Shown here: positions 1-12,507 of the stretch, piece by piece
Layout: each line of letters starts with the position of its first letter
Position numbering within the stretch: the stretch's first letter is position 1
Assembly (NCBI GenBank): GCA_963758825.1
Contig: CAVWWV010000004.1
Location: forward strand, 188,872 to 252,871
DNA from: an uncultured Actinomycetota bacterium
GTDB lineage: Bacteria; Actinomycetota; Actinomycetes; Mycobacteriales; Mycobacteriaceae
DNA: 64,000 nucleotides
Direction: 5' to 3'
The notes under the pieces: generated by a model
Seen by the model: only the letters and a program-made list of their open reading frames with translations
Databases searched by the model: none
What the model was told of the DNA's origin: nothing
Translations under genes and position numbers: made by a program

Positions 1-851
1 TCCAGCCCGATATCCAGCACATTCACCGAATGGGTGAGGGCGCCGACGGCCAGGTAGTCGACACCCGTACCCGCGTATTCGGCGGCCGTGTCCAGTGACA
101 GACCGCCTGAGGACTCCAGCTTCGTCTGCGGAGCCTTGGCGTCGCGGCGCTGGGTCGCAATCTGGGTCTGCCACACCGGGAAGTTATCCAGCAGAACGAG
201 TTCCACGTTCTCGGCAAGCACGTCGTCGAGCTGTTCGAGCGAGTCGACCTCGACTTCGCACGGCAGATCTGGCGCCACCTCGCGGACGGCGCGCAGCGCA
301 GCGACCACTGAGCCTGCAGCGGCGACATGGTTGTCCTTGATCAACGCCGCGTCGCCTAGCCCCATCCGGTGGTTGACGCCGCCGCCCACCCGCACCGCAT
401 ACTTCTGCAGCGCACGCATGCCAGGCAACGTCTTACGGGTGTCGCGGATCTTGGCGTTCGTGCCCTCGACCGCCTCGACCCATGCCGCGGTCGTCGTCGC
501 GATGCCCGACAGGTGGCAGACCAGGTTGAGCATCGTCCGCTCGGCGGTCAGCAGGCCCTGAGTCGACGCCTCGACAACCATCACCACCCCGCGTGGCTCG
601 AGTCGGGCACCGTCGTCGACACGCTCCTTCAACCGGTACCCGTCGGGACCCAGCACCTCGTCGAGGACCAGAAGCGCCACGTCGAGCCCGGCGATGACGC
701 CCGCTTCGCGGGTCACCATCGAGGCTGTTGTGCTGGCGTCCGCGGACACGGTCGCCAGGGTGGTGACGTCGGGGCCGTAGCGCAGGTCTTCCTCCAGCGC
801 GCGCGCGATGACCCTGCGAGCCTCCGTCAGCTCGTCGGCACTGAGTTCCAT
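1..851 (-). CDS. nadC: Quinolinate phosphoribosyltransferase (3' end runs off the window)
   Basis: ATG at 851 overlaps the nadB stop. The frame reads MELSADEL...DTRKTLPG...VDYLAVGALTHS to the window edge; absent from the ORF track because there is no stop. Confidence 0.93.
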   Translation of the reverse strand, partial: MELSADELTEARRVIARALEEDLRYGPDVTTLATVSADASTTASMVTREAGVIAGLDVALLVLDEVLGPDGYRLKERVDDGARLEPRGVVMVVEASTQGLLTAERTMLNLVCHLSGIATTTAAWVEAVEGTNAKIRDTRKTLPGMRALQKYAVRVGGGVNHRMGLGDAALIKDNHVAAAGSVVAALRAVREVAPDLPCEVEVDSLEQLDDVLAENVELVLLDNFPVWQTQIATQRRDAKAPQTKLESSGGLSLDTAAEYAGTGVDYLAVGALTHSVNVLDIGL

Positions 852-2361
852 CAGCAGCAGGCCGCCGCGAACACCTGGCTGTGAGCCAGAGCTGGGTCGG
901 TGTCGGGGAAGTCGGATCGGTGATGGCAGCCGCGCGTCTCGTTTCGGGCCACCGCGGCGGCGGTCACCGCGCGTGCCGTCGTGGTCAGCGCGACATCCTC
1001 GAAACTGGCTCGGCCGTCGAGGTCTCGCGGATCGGCGGCCTCGAGTTCACGCGCAAGTTGCGCCAAGCCGTCGGCGTCCCTGACCACCGACGCGTACGTG
1101 GCCATCGCACGCTGTAACTTGTTGCGCGGAAGGGCGACCCGGGTCTCTGCGTCGCCGAGCTCGGCGCGCACCGGTCCGGCGTCGACGGCGTGTTCGGTGG
1201 CCGCCTGCCCGGCGCGCCCGCCGACGACCAGTCCCTCCAACAGGCTGTTGGACGCCAGCCGGTTCGCGCCGTGCATACCCGTGCGGGCCACCTCGCCCGC
1301 GGCGAACAAGCCGGGAAGATCGGTGCGGCCGTGTACATCGGCGACCACGCCACCGCAGCTGTAGTGCGCCCCCGGCACCACCGGAATCGGCTGGCGTGCA
1401 GGGTCGATGCCTGCGGCTCGGCACGCCGCTGTCACCGTTGGGAAACGTCGATCGAAGTCGGTGATTCCGCGCGCGTCCAGGTATGCGCAGGGGTCCCCCG
1501 TTTCGCGCAACCGGGCATCGATGGCAGCCGCGACGACATCGCGCGGCGCGAGGTCACCCATCGGATGAACGCCTGCGGTGATCGAATTGCCTTGACGGTC
1601 AAGGAGAATGCCGCCCTCGCCGCGAACGGCTTCGGTGATCAACGGGCGGCGTCCGCTGGCGTGACCGTCGAACAGCATGGTCGGGTGAAACTGGATGAAC
1701 TCGATATCGCTGATCGGCACACCCGCCCACAGCGCAAGCGCGACACCGTCACCGGTCGAACCCTCGGGGTTGGTGGTGGCCGCATACAGGTGGCCCAGAC
1801 CGCCCGTCGCGAGCACCACCGACGGCGCGTGCACGATGCCGGGCCCGTCCTCGTTGAGCACGTGCACGCCGGTCACCGCACCATCGGTCTGCAGTATCTG
1901 CAGCGCGACGTGGTTGCGGCGGATGTCCAGGGTCGCGGCGGCGTGATCCAGTGCACGCTGCACCTCGGCCCCGGTGGCATCACCGCCGGAGTGGATGATG
2001 CGCCGTCGGGAGTGCCCGCCTTCGCGCGTCAGCGACCAGCGGCCGGGTTCGGCCTCGTCGAAACGCGCTCCGTCGTCGACGAGTTCGCGGACGGCGCGAT
2101 AACCGTCGGACACGATCGACCGCACGGCATCGACGTCACACAGTCCGGCACCCGCAGTGACCGTGTCGGCCACATGGGCGTCGATCGAGTCGTCGGTGTC
2201 CGGAAGCACCACAGCGATGCCGCCCTGCGCGTAGAACGTCGCGGTGTCTGCGGCCTTGCTCAGCACGACAACCCTTCGGCCGCGACGGTGTGCGGCCAGG
2301 GCGGCCACGAGGCCGGCCACTCCGGTTCCGACGACGACAACGTCGGCTCGCTGATGCCACA

Positions 2362-2365
<4 letters not shown>
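851..2365 (-). CDS. nadB: L-aspartate oxidase
   Basis: GTGVAG FAD motif, [31 protein letters not shown]; lies between nadA and nadC. Confidence 0.95.
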
Positions 2366-3381
<1,016 letters not shown>

Positions 3382-3404
3382 GGCCGCCTCCTCGCGATCC
3401 ATAG

Positions 3405-3427
3405 GTTTTCGACTTATAATCGAAAAC
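3405..3427. promoter_or_regulatory. NrtR operator palindrome overlapping the divergent nadA/nrtR promoters
   Basis: GTTTTCGA-cttataa-TCGAAAAC; contains TATAAT (3415-3420) ending 7 nt before the nrtR ATG, consistent with a leaderless transcript. Confidence 0.85.
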
Positions 3428-4120
3428 ATGGCTAATGGTAGCACTGCACACGAGGTGCTCGCCGTCGTCTTTCAAGTTCGGCAGCTGAGCACCAGGAGTC
3501 CGCAGCTCAGCGTGCTGCTGTGGCAACGTGCGAAGGAACCGCAGCGCGGTGCATGGTCGCTGCCCGGCGGCACGCTGCGTCACGACGAAGACATGATCAG
3601 TTCGGTTCGGCGACAACTCGCAGAGAAGGTCGATCTGCGTGAACTGGCTCACCTCGAACAGTTGGCTGTGTTCTCGGACCCGCAGCGGGTGCCCGATACG
3701 CGCACGATCGCGTCCACGTTTCTGGGCCTGGTGCCCTCCCCCGCGACCCCAGAGTTGCCGCCCGACACTCGCTGGCACCCGGTGAACGCGCTGCCACCGA
3801 TGGCGTTCGATCACGGGACCATGGTCGAGCATGCACGCGCCCGCCTGGTCGCGAAAATGTCTTACACAAACATCGGATTCGCACTGGCGCCAAGGGAATT
3901 CGCCCTCTCCACCTTGCGTGATATCTACGGCGCAGCGCTCGGCTATCAAGTGGACGCGACGAATCTGCAGCGGGTGCTCGGACGTCGCGGCGTCATCACG
4001 CCGACCGGCACGACCGCGCGCTCGGGCCGCAGCGGCGGGCGGCCCGCGGCTCTCTATCGCTTCACCGAGTCCGCTTACCGAGTCACCGACGAGTTCGCCG
4101 CTCTGCGGCCGCCCGGGTGA
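3428..4120 (+). CDS. nrtR: Nudix-related transcriptional regulator of NAD synthesis
   Basis: Nudix-like WSLPGG..EKV plus a C-terminal wHTH ending [10 protein letters not shown]; divergent from nadABC. Confidence 0.9.
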   Translation: MANGSTAHEVLAVVFQVRQLSTRSPQLSVLLWQRAKEPQRGAWSLPGGTLRHDEDMISSVRRQLAEKVDLRELAHLEQLAVFSDPQRVPDTRTIASTFLGLVPSPATPELPPDTRWHPVNALPPMAFDHGTMVEHARARLVAKMSYTNIGFALAPREFALSTLRDIYGAALGYQVDATNLQRVLGRRGVITPTGTTARSGRSGGRPAALYRFTESAYRVTDEFAALRPPG

Positions 4121-4183
4121 CACGCGAATGTTCTGCGCATCGGGGATTAGGTTCTTATTACTTTCTTAAGCGATACTGGCCGG

Positions 4184-5521
4184 ATGGACTTGGGCAACGT
4201 CGCACCGGCCACCGGTGCCGAGTGGATCGGCTCCGTACCGCACGAGGCGATGAAGCGCGGCGTCCGTCCACTGCTCCCTCGTGACGACCCGTTCTACGAC
4301 CCGCCGCAGGGCTTCCAGCACGCAGCACCCGGCACGGTGCTGCGCAGCCGCGACGTCGAGGTGGCCTTCCTGGGGCTGATACCGCAGAAGATGACCGCCA
4401 CCCAGCTGCTGTACCGCACCACCGACATGAACGGTGCGCCCGAGGCGTCGGTGACCACAGTGATCGCGCCGGCCGAGCGCGGCCCCGAACGCGTCTGCCC
4501 CGTGGTGTCCTACCAGTGCGCGATCGACGCCATCACATCGCGCTGCTTCCCGTCATACGCGCTGCGCAGGCGGGCCGTCGCGCCAGGAGCGCTCGCACAA
4601 TTCGAATTTCTTCTCATCTCTGCGGCGCTCGCCGAGGGCTGGGCGGTCTCGATTCCCGACCACGAGGGATCCAACGGAGCCTGGGGTACGCCTCACGAGC
4701 CCGGCTACCGAATCCTGGACGGGCTGCGAGCCGCACTGAGCTCCGAAATGCTCGGTCTTTCGGCGACGGCGCCAATCGGGCTGTGGGGCTACTCGGGCGG
4801 TGGACTGGCCACTGCATGGGCGGCCGAGGTGAGCGGGACATACGCCCCCGAGCTGAACGTCGTCGGCGCGGTCCTCGGCTCGCCCGTCGGCGACCTCGGC
4901 AACACGTTCCGCAGGCTCAACGGCAGCTTCTACTCGGCGCTGCCCGCGATGGTGGTCGCCGCGCTGTCACACGCCTATCCCGAGCTCGACCGGATCATTC
5001 AGGAGCACGCCACCGATACCGGCAAAGCGATGCTGCTGCGGGCGGAGAACATGACGACCGTTCACGCGGTCCTGCGGCTGATCGGCATGGACATGGGCAA
5101 GCTGATCGACCGACCGCTGAACGAGATCCTCGACCTACCCGAGCTTCAGAACATCTTCGCCGACATCAAGCTGGGCACCGCGGTTCCCACACCGCCGGTG
5201 CTGCTGGTCCAGGCGGTGCACGATCGAATCGTGTCGGTCGACGACATCGACGAACTGGTCGACACCTACCAGTCCGGCGGCGCGTCGGTGACCTACCACC
5301 GCGACATGTTCAGCGAGCACATGCTGCTGCATCCGATGTCGGCGCCGATGGCGCTGCGTTGGTTGATCGATCGGTTCGCCGACAAGCCGCTGAGTGAGCA
5401 CATAGTTCGGACGAAATGGCCGACGCTGCTGAACCCGATTACCTATATGGGGATGGCCCGGCTCGTGCGGATTGCGGCAAAGGTCGTCACGGGGCGGACG
5501 GTAGAGCGTCGTCCATTGTGA
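4184..5521 (+). CDS. Secretory-lipase (LIP) family alpha/beta hydrolase, Rv1592c-like
   Basis: GYSGG nucleophile elbow, DDPFY, PDHEG; syntenic position. Confidence 0.85.
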   Translation: MDLGNVAPATGAEWIGSVPHEAMKRGVRPLLPRDDPFYDPPQGFQHAAPGTVLRSRDVEVAFLGLIPQKMTATQLLYRTTDMNGAPEASVTTVIAPAERGPERVCPVVSYQCAIDAITSRCFPSYALRRRAVAPGALAQFEFLLISAALAEGWAVSIPDHEGSNGAWGTPHEPGYRILDGLRAALSSEMLGLSATAPIGLWGYSGGGLATAWAAEVSGTYAPELNVVGAVLGSPVGDLGNTFRRLNGSFYSALPAMVVAALSHAYPELDRIIQEHATDTGKAMLLRAENMTTVHAVLRLIGMDMGKLIDRPLNEILDLPELQNIFADIKLGTAVPTPPVLLVQAVHDRIVSVDDIDELVDTYQSGGASVTYHRDMFSEHMLLHPMSAPMALRWLIDRFADKPLSEHIVRTKWPTLLNPITYMGMARLVRIAAKVVTGRTVERRPL

Positions 5522-6119
5522 CCGGTGGCCGCAACACCGGTTCTTCCTCCGGAGGCCAGCCGCCGAGATCGTCGCGTGGCGTCGACACCGCGATGAGCGC
5601 ATAGACCAACGCCGCCAGCGCCGCCGGGAACAACACCGATGCCGCGATCAACCAGCCCGAGTGCGCAAAGAACACCGGCGGCGCCTCGGTCACGTAGACC
5701 ACCCGATCATCTGTCGTGATCGGCGCACCGGCGATGTCGATGACGTCGTAGCGCCACCGCACGATCAACGCACCCACGCCCGCGGCCGCGCCGAACGCCA
5801 GGGCCGAGCCGATGGACAACGCCGCGCACATCACCGGGCCGCGGTGCGGCCGCCACTGCCACGTCAGCACGGCGGTCACCACCGCAAGCGCCACGACCAG
5901 GCCTACCAGCAGAAAAGCTGCGATGAAGAAGTTGTCCGTTTCGTTGCCCAGCGCGGCATGCACTCGATCGCCGCTCTTGGTCAGTGCGATGACTCCGTGG
6001 ATCGGCGGCGCTATCCATGCCCACAACGCACCCGTGAGTGCGCCGGCGGCAGCCAACCCGACGATCACCGTCGCAGCAGCGCGGCGCCGTGAAATACGCG
6101 GCGGTGCAACCTCATTCAT
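5487..6119 (-). CDS. DUF2567-type membrane protein, Rv1591-like
   Basis: Four hydrophobic segments; last gene of the bioB operon. Confidence 0.75.
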   Translation of the reverse strand: MNEVAPPRISRRRAAATVIVGLAAAGALTGALWAWIAPPIHGVIALTKSGDRVHAALGNETDNFFIAAFLLVGLVVALAVVTAVLTWQWRPHRGPVMCAALSIGSALAFGAAAGVGALIVRWRYDVIDIAGAPITTDDRVVYVTEAPPVFFAHSGWLIAASVLFPAALAALVYALIAVSTPRDDLGGWPPEEEPVLRPPVTMDDALPSAP

Positions 6120-6317
6120 CGCTTGTCAAGATCCTTGCTGTCCTGTGTGCCGTGCCGCGAGCACTTCGCCGACCAGCCGTCCGGACGCACTTGGACGACC
6201 ATCCGCCTGCCGCACTCCGGCGCAGAAGCGTGGTGGCTCCAGCCCGAGTCGGGCCGCAGTAGGCACGGCGCCGCCTGCGGGCTCGCCAGTGTAGACGTTG
6301 AATTTGACGGTCCCCAT
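6116..6317 (-). CDS. bsaP: Biotin synthase auxiliary protein (Rv1590-like); apparent 1-nt frameshift near 6220
   Basis: FNVYTG...LGLEPPRFC in one frame continues as [22 protein letters not shown] in another; directly downstream of bioB, with an ATGA overlap into the next gene. Confidence 0.75.
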
Positions 6318-6331
6318 CAGACAAGCCACGG

Positions 6332-7330
<999 letters not shown>

Positions 7331-7375
7331 TCATGCTCCTTGCTCAGACTTGGACACCTCGGCGGTGCCGAGAAT

Positions 7376-7388
7376 TGAACAGCGTTCA
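7376..7388. promoter_or_regulatory. BioQ operator between divergent bioB and bioQ
   Basis: TGAAC-agc-GTTCA, next to the minus-strand -10 TAACCT and the plus-strand -10 TATGGT. Confidence 0.85.
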
Positions 7389-7403
7389 GGTTATGGTAGC
7401 CGG

Positions 7404-7991
7404 GTGCAGCTGCACAAACGCGACGTGGTCGAGGCGGCGACGGCGATCCTGGACAACTACGGGATCGCCGACCTGACGATGCGCCGACTGGGCCGTGAAC
7501 TCAACGTTTCCCCCGGCGCGCTGTACTGGCATTTCTCCAACAAGCAGCAGCTTCTCGGTGCGATCGCCGACCGCATTCTGGAGCCCGTCGGTGACGTGCC
7601 GGGCGACTGGCGGGAACGCGTCGCCGGGGTCTGCGGTCGCCTGCGGGACGCCCTGCTGTCGCACACCGACGGCGCCGAGTTGGTCTCCGCCAGCTTCGCA
7701 GCCGGCCAGTCGCAGGCGATGACGCAGGTTGTTGCCCGCCTCTCCGACGCCGCGGGCGATGCAGGGGTGGTCGGCACGCATACCGAACTGGCGGCCCGCA
7801 CCGTCGTCTACTACGTGCTGGGTTTCACCGCCGACGAACAGTCCCGGCTGCAGTGGGACGCCGCGGGCGCGGATCTGCCCGACGAGCAGTCGGTGCTTGC
7901 CGGCGATGCAGGCGACCGGTTCGGTTTCGGGCTTGCCTTGCTCGTCGACGGGATCGAAGCGCGGCGGCCGGTGGTCGGGGTGCCCGACTAA
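7404..7991 (+). CDS. bioQ: TetR-family biotin regulon repressor
   Basis: TetR HTH (LTMRRLGRELNVSPGALYWHF); leaderless GTG; adjacent BioQ palindrome and bio genes. Confidence 0.88.
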   Translation: MQLHKRDVVEAATAILDNYGIADLTMRRLGRELNVSPGALYWHFSNKQQLLGAIADRILEPVGDVPGDWRERVAGVCGRLRDALLSHTDGAELVSASFAAGQSQAMTQVVARLSDAAGDAGVVGTHTELAARTVVYYVLGFTADEQSRLQWDAAGADLPDEQSVLAGDAGDRFGFGLALLVDGIEARRPVVGVPD

Positions 7992-8001
7992 CGTCACGGC
8001 C

Positions 8002-8352
8002 ATGGTGTACCGTCGACGATGTGCGGCGCAGATCGTGGCACCTCTGCCCCGGTCCTACGAGGTCGTGGTTCGCGACCGGATCAAGTTCCGCATCGGGCAG
8101 ATCGTCTACCTGGCGTTCTCACGCGACGAGACGGTGATGGGTTTCGCGTTTCCGAAGGAGGAGCGCGACGGTCTGATCGCTTCCGAGCCCGACAAGTTCA
8201 TGCTCCCGAGTCCGTCCGATATGCGATACAACTGGGTGCACGTCCGGCTCGATGCGATCGATCTCGTCGAGCTCCGCGAGATCGTCATCGACGCATGGCG
8301 CATGTGTGTGCCGAAAAGTGTTGCCGCGAAGCAACTTGGCGGAAATCTCTAG
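8002..8352 (+). CDS. MmcQ/YjbR-family protein
   Basis: KFRIGQIVY...GFAFPKEER...YNWVHVRL...DAWRMCVP pattern; the first codons may contain indels. Confidence 0.7.
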   Translation: MVYRRRCAAQIVAPLPRSYEVVVRDRIKFRIGQIVYLAFSRDETVMGFAFPKEERDGLIASEPDKFMLPSPSDMRYNWVHVRLDAIDLVELREIVIDAWRMCVPKSVAAKQLGGNL

Positions 8353-8702
8353 TAGGACTTCGACGTGTTGGCGACCGCCCCGTTGTCACAGGAGACGCTC
8401 ACATCCCAGCTCCGGAATGCCGGAACGGCCGGAGCGATAACCACATCGAAGCTGCCGTTAGCCGGCAACGAGAAGCTGCGGTTGACGAGATCAGACGCGT
8501 ATGTGCACTGCGATGCCACTCCGCTGTGGTCGGTGATGTGAGCGGTCAAGCTGCCGAGCCCCTCGTTCCACGATATGGAGGGAGCGGCCGGTGGCACCTT
8601 CTGTTGGTCGCCGGTGTAGCAGTAGTCACCCCACAACACGCCGCAGTCCGCCGGATCCGCTGCGGCGACGGGGATCGCTATCGCTGCCGCACCGATCGGC
8701 AT
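8349..8702 (-). CDS. Small secreted Cys-containing hypothetical protein
   Basis: Ala-rich signal-like segment ending AAA-DP, four Cys, beta-rich C-terminus; the true start is probably slightly upstream (GTG 8721, via an indel). Confidence 0.6.
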   Translation of the reverse strand: MPIGAAAIAIPVAAADPADCGVLWGDYCYTGDQQKVPPAAPSISWNEGLGSLTAHITDHSGVASQCTYASDLVNRSFSLPANGSFDVVIAPAVPAFRSWDVSVSCDNGAVANTSKSY

Positions 8703-8735
8703 TGCGGCGAGACTTCTGCACCTTTGCCGTCGATC

Positions 8736-9263
8736 TCAAGGCTCGATCGGGTACTCGACCCGCTTGTTGCCGTCCCAGTGTCGAAGCCCCACCGCCGTGG
8801 CCCGCATGTCCCGTGTCATGCGGCGCGGCGAGAGCGCATCGGCCAGCTTGTCTTGCGCGACGCGCCGCGCGAGCGTGACATGAGGTGTCCAGTGGCCGGG
8901 TTCCGCATGCGGCAACGGACCTGCCTGCGACATGTGCGGCAGGCACACCTCGTGCACGTCGGCCTGAAGCGCCAGCAGTTCGGCGGATGGGATCAGCAGG
9001 CGCACAAGCGTGAACGGCCCGCGGCCGAACAGCATCGGGGCACCGATCGTGCAGGAGAACGGCAGTCGGTGCAGCAGCCGACGCAGCGCGTCGTTGACGG
9101 CGTCGTCCATGTCCTCGGCGACAGACAGGGTGACGTGCGGCCGGTTGCTGGGCGACGTCGAACTGGCCAGGCTGCGCACGCCGGCATCGGTCAGCTCCGA
9201 CCAGAGCTGACGCACCTCGGCGTCGGTCTCGGTGTCGAAGAGCAGTTCGACGGAGTGCACCAT
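8736..9263 (-). CDS. 2H phosphoesterase (2'-5' RNA ligase family), Rv1571-like
   Basis: Two PHVTL motifs; follows bioD. Confidence 0.82.
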   Translation of the reverse strand: MVHSVELLFDTETDAEVRQLWSELTDAGVRSLASSTSPSNRPHVTLSVAEDMDDAVNDALRRLLHRLPFSCTIGAPMLFGRGPFTLVRLLIPSAELLALQADVHEVCLPHMSQAGPLPHAEPGHWTPHVTLARRVAQDKLADALSPRRMTRDMRATAVGLRHWDGNKRVEYPIEP

Positions 9264-9264
9264 G

Positions 9265-9947
9265 TCAGCCCGCCAAGCTCTTCACCCAGTGCGGGTCGAA
9301 CGCCGCCGAGCTCATCGACTCGAACTGGGCCGACCCAAATGCACCTGCGCCTGCAGGCAATACGGCACGCAGCGGTGCCATCGCCGACAGCACCTCGCGG
9401 TTGCCGGTCTCGACGACGCCGGGATTCTGCGGCCACGCACCAATCACCAGGCCGGCATGCCGAACACGTTGTGAGGCAAGCGCTTCCAGCGTCAATGCGG
9501 CGTGGTTCAACGTACCCAAGACCCGCTCTGACGACGATCAGTACCTGGCGCGCCGATATCGACGGCGAGATCCCGAAGAGTCACCCCGCCGTCACCGATC
9601 TCGACGAGCAATCCCCCAGCGCCCTCGACCAGGGTCAACCGTCCCGGCCGGTCCACCCCGACGACCATCGAGGCCAACTCCGCACGGGTCGGCAACCGCA
9701 CTCCCGCCCGATGCGCGGCCGCGGCAGGCGCCAGTGGTTCGGGAAGCCGTGCGAGGCCGTGCAAGTCGGTGACGCCGGACAGCCGGCCGATCTCGGCGAG
9801 GTCGTCGTCACCGTCGGCTGACCCGGTTTGCACCGGCTTGCACACCGCTACGTCGATTCCGGCCAACCGCGCGTGACACGCCAGCGCCGCGGTGGCCACC
9901 GTCTTGCCGACGCCGGTGTCGGTCCCCGTGACGACGAGAACGCTCAA
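9265..9947 (-). CDS. bioD: Dethiobiotin synthetase; apparent frameshift near 9530-9550
   Basis: [12 protein letters not shown]-loop, KPVQTG, VEGAGG, then LGTLNH in a shifted frame. Confidence 0.9.
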
Positions 9948-11087
9948 GCCGTCGACAGCACTTCCGTGAGCACCTTGCGCGCCAGCGTCAACTCGTCCTC
10001 GGACAACGACGCCCGCGCCGTCAGCCGCAGCCGTGACGTGCCCGCAGGCACGGTCGGGGGGCGGAAGCAGCCCACCCGCACACCCCGGTCGAGGCATGCG
10101 GTCGCGGCGGCCAACGCCACCTCGGGTGCACCCAAAATCACTGATACCACGGCGGATTCGGGTCGGTCGGGGACGTCGCACACCGTGGCCAGCTCGGCGG
10201 CGTACCGCAGCACGTCCTCCGCCCGCCACGGCTCGGCGATCAGCACTCGCAGCGCAGCCCACGCCGAGCCGACAGCCGCAGGCGCCAGCCCGGTGTCGAA
10301 GATGAAGGGCCGCGCCGCGTCGATCAGATGGTCGCGCACAGCCGCGGGTCCGAGCACCGCGCCGCCCTGGCTGCCGAGCGCCTTGGACATCGTCACGGTC
10401 ATCACGACATCGGGCGCGCCCGCAAGCCCGACCTCCTCGAGCAGGCCCCGTCCGCCGGTCCCCCGCACGCCGAGGCCGTGCGCCTCGTCGACGATCAGCA
10501 GCGCGCCATGGCGGCGGCACGCATCGTGAAGCCGTCGCAGCGGGGCGAGGTCGCCGTCGGCGCTGAAGACCGAATCGGTGATCACCACGGCCCGGTCCTC
10601 GACGCGGGACGACAGCGCCTGCTCCACCGCGGCCACGTCTCGATGCGGCGTCACCGCCACCCGCGCCTTCGACAGGCGGCAGGCGTCGACCAGTGACGCG
10701 TGGGTGAGTGCGTCGGACACCAGAAGCGAACCCGGCCCCGACAGTGCGACCACGGCACCGAGATTGGCGGTGTAGCCGGAGGAGAACACCAGCGCCGACT
10801 CGGCGCCGACGAAGCCGGCCAACGCGTCCTCGAACCCTTCGTGCAGTTCGGTGTTCCCGGTGACCAGCCGCGACCCCGACGACCCGGCACCCCAGGTGCG
10901 CAGGGCGGCCACGCCGCCGTCGATCACGTCGGGATGCTGTGACAGGCCCAGATAGTCGTTGGACGCGAGGTCGAGTTCGGCGCCGACCGGCGGCCTGGCC
11001 CTCAGCGCCCGACGCAGCCCGGCCGCGCGCCGCCGGCGCTCGACGTCGTCGAGCCAGGCCAGCGGGGAAAGCCTCCACCCGCGTCAC
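9944..11087 (-). CDS. bioF: 8-amino-7-oxononanoate synthase; apparent frameshift near 11075
   Basis: [33 protein letters not shown]; the GTG at 11087 after GGAGGAG is 1 nt out of frame with the gene body. Confidence 0.92.
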
Positions 11088-11133
11088 GGTGCTCCTCCCG
11101 ACGACAATTGAACACGTCGGCGGTGCCGACAAT

Positions 11134-11146
11134 TGAACACCGTTCA
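11134..11146. promoter_or_regulatory. BioQ operator upstream of bioF, overlapping the bioA stop codon
   Basis: TGAAC-acc-GTTCA with adjacent minus-strand -10 TAACCT. Confidence 0.85.
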
Positions 11147-12436
11147 GGTTAGTGCACGGGCCACGCCGACCATCGCGGAGGTGATCCGCGCGATCTCCGC
11201 GGGTGGGCAGATGTAGGGCGGCATGGCGTAGACGAGGTTGCGAAACGGCCGCAGCCAGATCCCGTTCTCCAGGGCCGCCGCCGTGGCCACCGGCATGTCG
11301 ACCGGTTCCGCCATTTCGACGACCCCGATGGCGCCGAGGACCCGGACGTCCGCGACGCCGGGAAGGGACCTCGCCGGCTCGAGACCCTCGCGCAGGCCCG
11401 CTTCGATCTCGGCAACCCGGGCCCGCCAATCCTGGCCGAGCAGGAGTTCGACCGACGCCACGGCCACCGAGCACGCAAGTGCGTTGGCCATGAACGTCGG
11501 GCCGTGCATGAGCGCTCCTGGTGCGTTGTCGCTGATCGTGCGCGCGATGTGCGTCGAGCACAGGGTGGCGGCAAGGGTGATGTAGCCGCCGGTGAGCGCC
11601 TTCCCGACGCACATGATGTCGGGGCTGACCCCTGCCTGCTCGGCGGCGAACAGCGTGCCGGTGCGGCCGAAGCCGGTGGCGATTTCGTCGAAGATCAGCA
11701 GCACCGCGTGCCGGTCACAGAAATCCCGAAGGTCGCTCAGGTAGCGCGGGTCATGGAACCGCATGCCGCCCGCACCCTGCACGAGGGGCTCCACGATGAC
11801 CGCGGCCAGTTCGTCGGCGTGCTCGGCCAGCTGAGCCTCGAAGGCGGCGCAGTATGCCGGGTCGTATGCGGTGGGCACCTGTGGTGCGAAGATCTGACGC
11901 GCCAGGATGTCGGTCCACAGGGAGTGCATGCCGCCGTCGGGGTCGCACACGCTCATCGGCGTGAAGGTGTCGCCGTGATAGCCGCCCCGCCATGTCATCA
12001 GCCGCTGCTTCTTGCCGCGGCCCTGGCTGCGCCAGTACTGCAGGGCCATCTTCACGGCGACCTCGACCGAGACGGAGCCCGAATCGCTGAAGAAGACGGT
12101 GTCCAGTCCCTCGGGCGTGATGTCGACGAGCAGCTGAGCGAGGCGCGCGGCGGGTTCGTGGGTGAGCCCGCCGAACATGACGTGGTTCATCCTGGCCAGC
12201 TGGGACGCGATCGCGTAGTCCAGCGCCGGGTGGCCGTGGCCGTGGATGGCGGTCCACCACGAGCTCATCGCGTCCAGCACCTCGACATGCTTGCCGTTGA
12301 CGACCAAGGTGAGCGACGCGCCGCTGGCTCCGACAGCCACGACGGGCGGCATGGCATCGGTGCCGATGGCGCTGTAGGGATGCCAGACGTGGGCGGCGTC
12401 GATCGCGCTGATTTCAGCGGGGTTCAACGCGGGCAT
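11144..12436 (-). CDS. bioA: DAPA aminotransferase
   Basis: [37 protein letters not shown]. Confidence 0.95.
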   Translation of the reverse strand: MPALNPAEISAIDAAHVWHPYSAIGTDAMPPVVAVGASGASLTLVVNGKHVEVLDAMSSWWTAIHGHGHPALDYAIASQLARMNHVMFGGLTHEPAARLAQLLVDITPEGLDTVFFSDSGSVSVEVAVKMALQYWRSQGRGKKQRLMTWRGGYHGDTFTPMSVCDPDGGMHSLWTDILARQIFAPQVPTAYDPAYCAAFEAQLAEHADELAAVIVEPLVQGAGGMRFHDPRYLSDLRDFCDRHAVLLIFDEIATGFGRTGTLFAAEQAGVSPDIMCVGKALTGGYITLAATLCSTHIARTISDNAPGALMHGPTFMANALACSVAVASVELLLGQDWRARVAEIEAGLREGLEPARSLPGVADVRVLGAIGVVEMAEPVDMPVATAAALENGIWLRPFRNLVYAMPPYICPPAEIARITSAMVGVARALT

Positions 12437-12507
12437 GGAAAACCAGCCTAACGGCGGCACGCGCAACATGAGACGCACAGCGATCTTCGGTAGATTATCC
12501 CGCGACC

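Noticed and set aside
8019-11612. Long alternative ORFs (8019-9821 +, 9507-11612 -) and similar shadow ORFs such as 39517-41634 and 42863-44800
   Set aside because: Antisense or off-frame shadows of high-GC genes with Arg/Gly/Pro-rich, motif-free translations; 9507-11612 only captures the bioF start and part of bioD because of indels.
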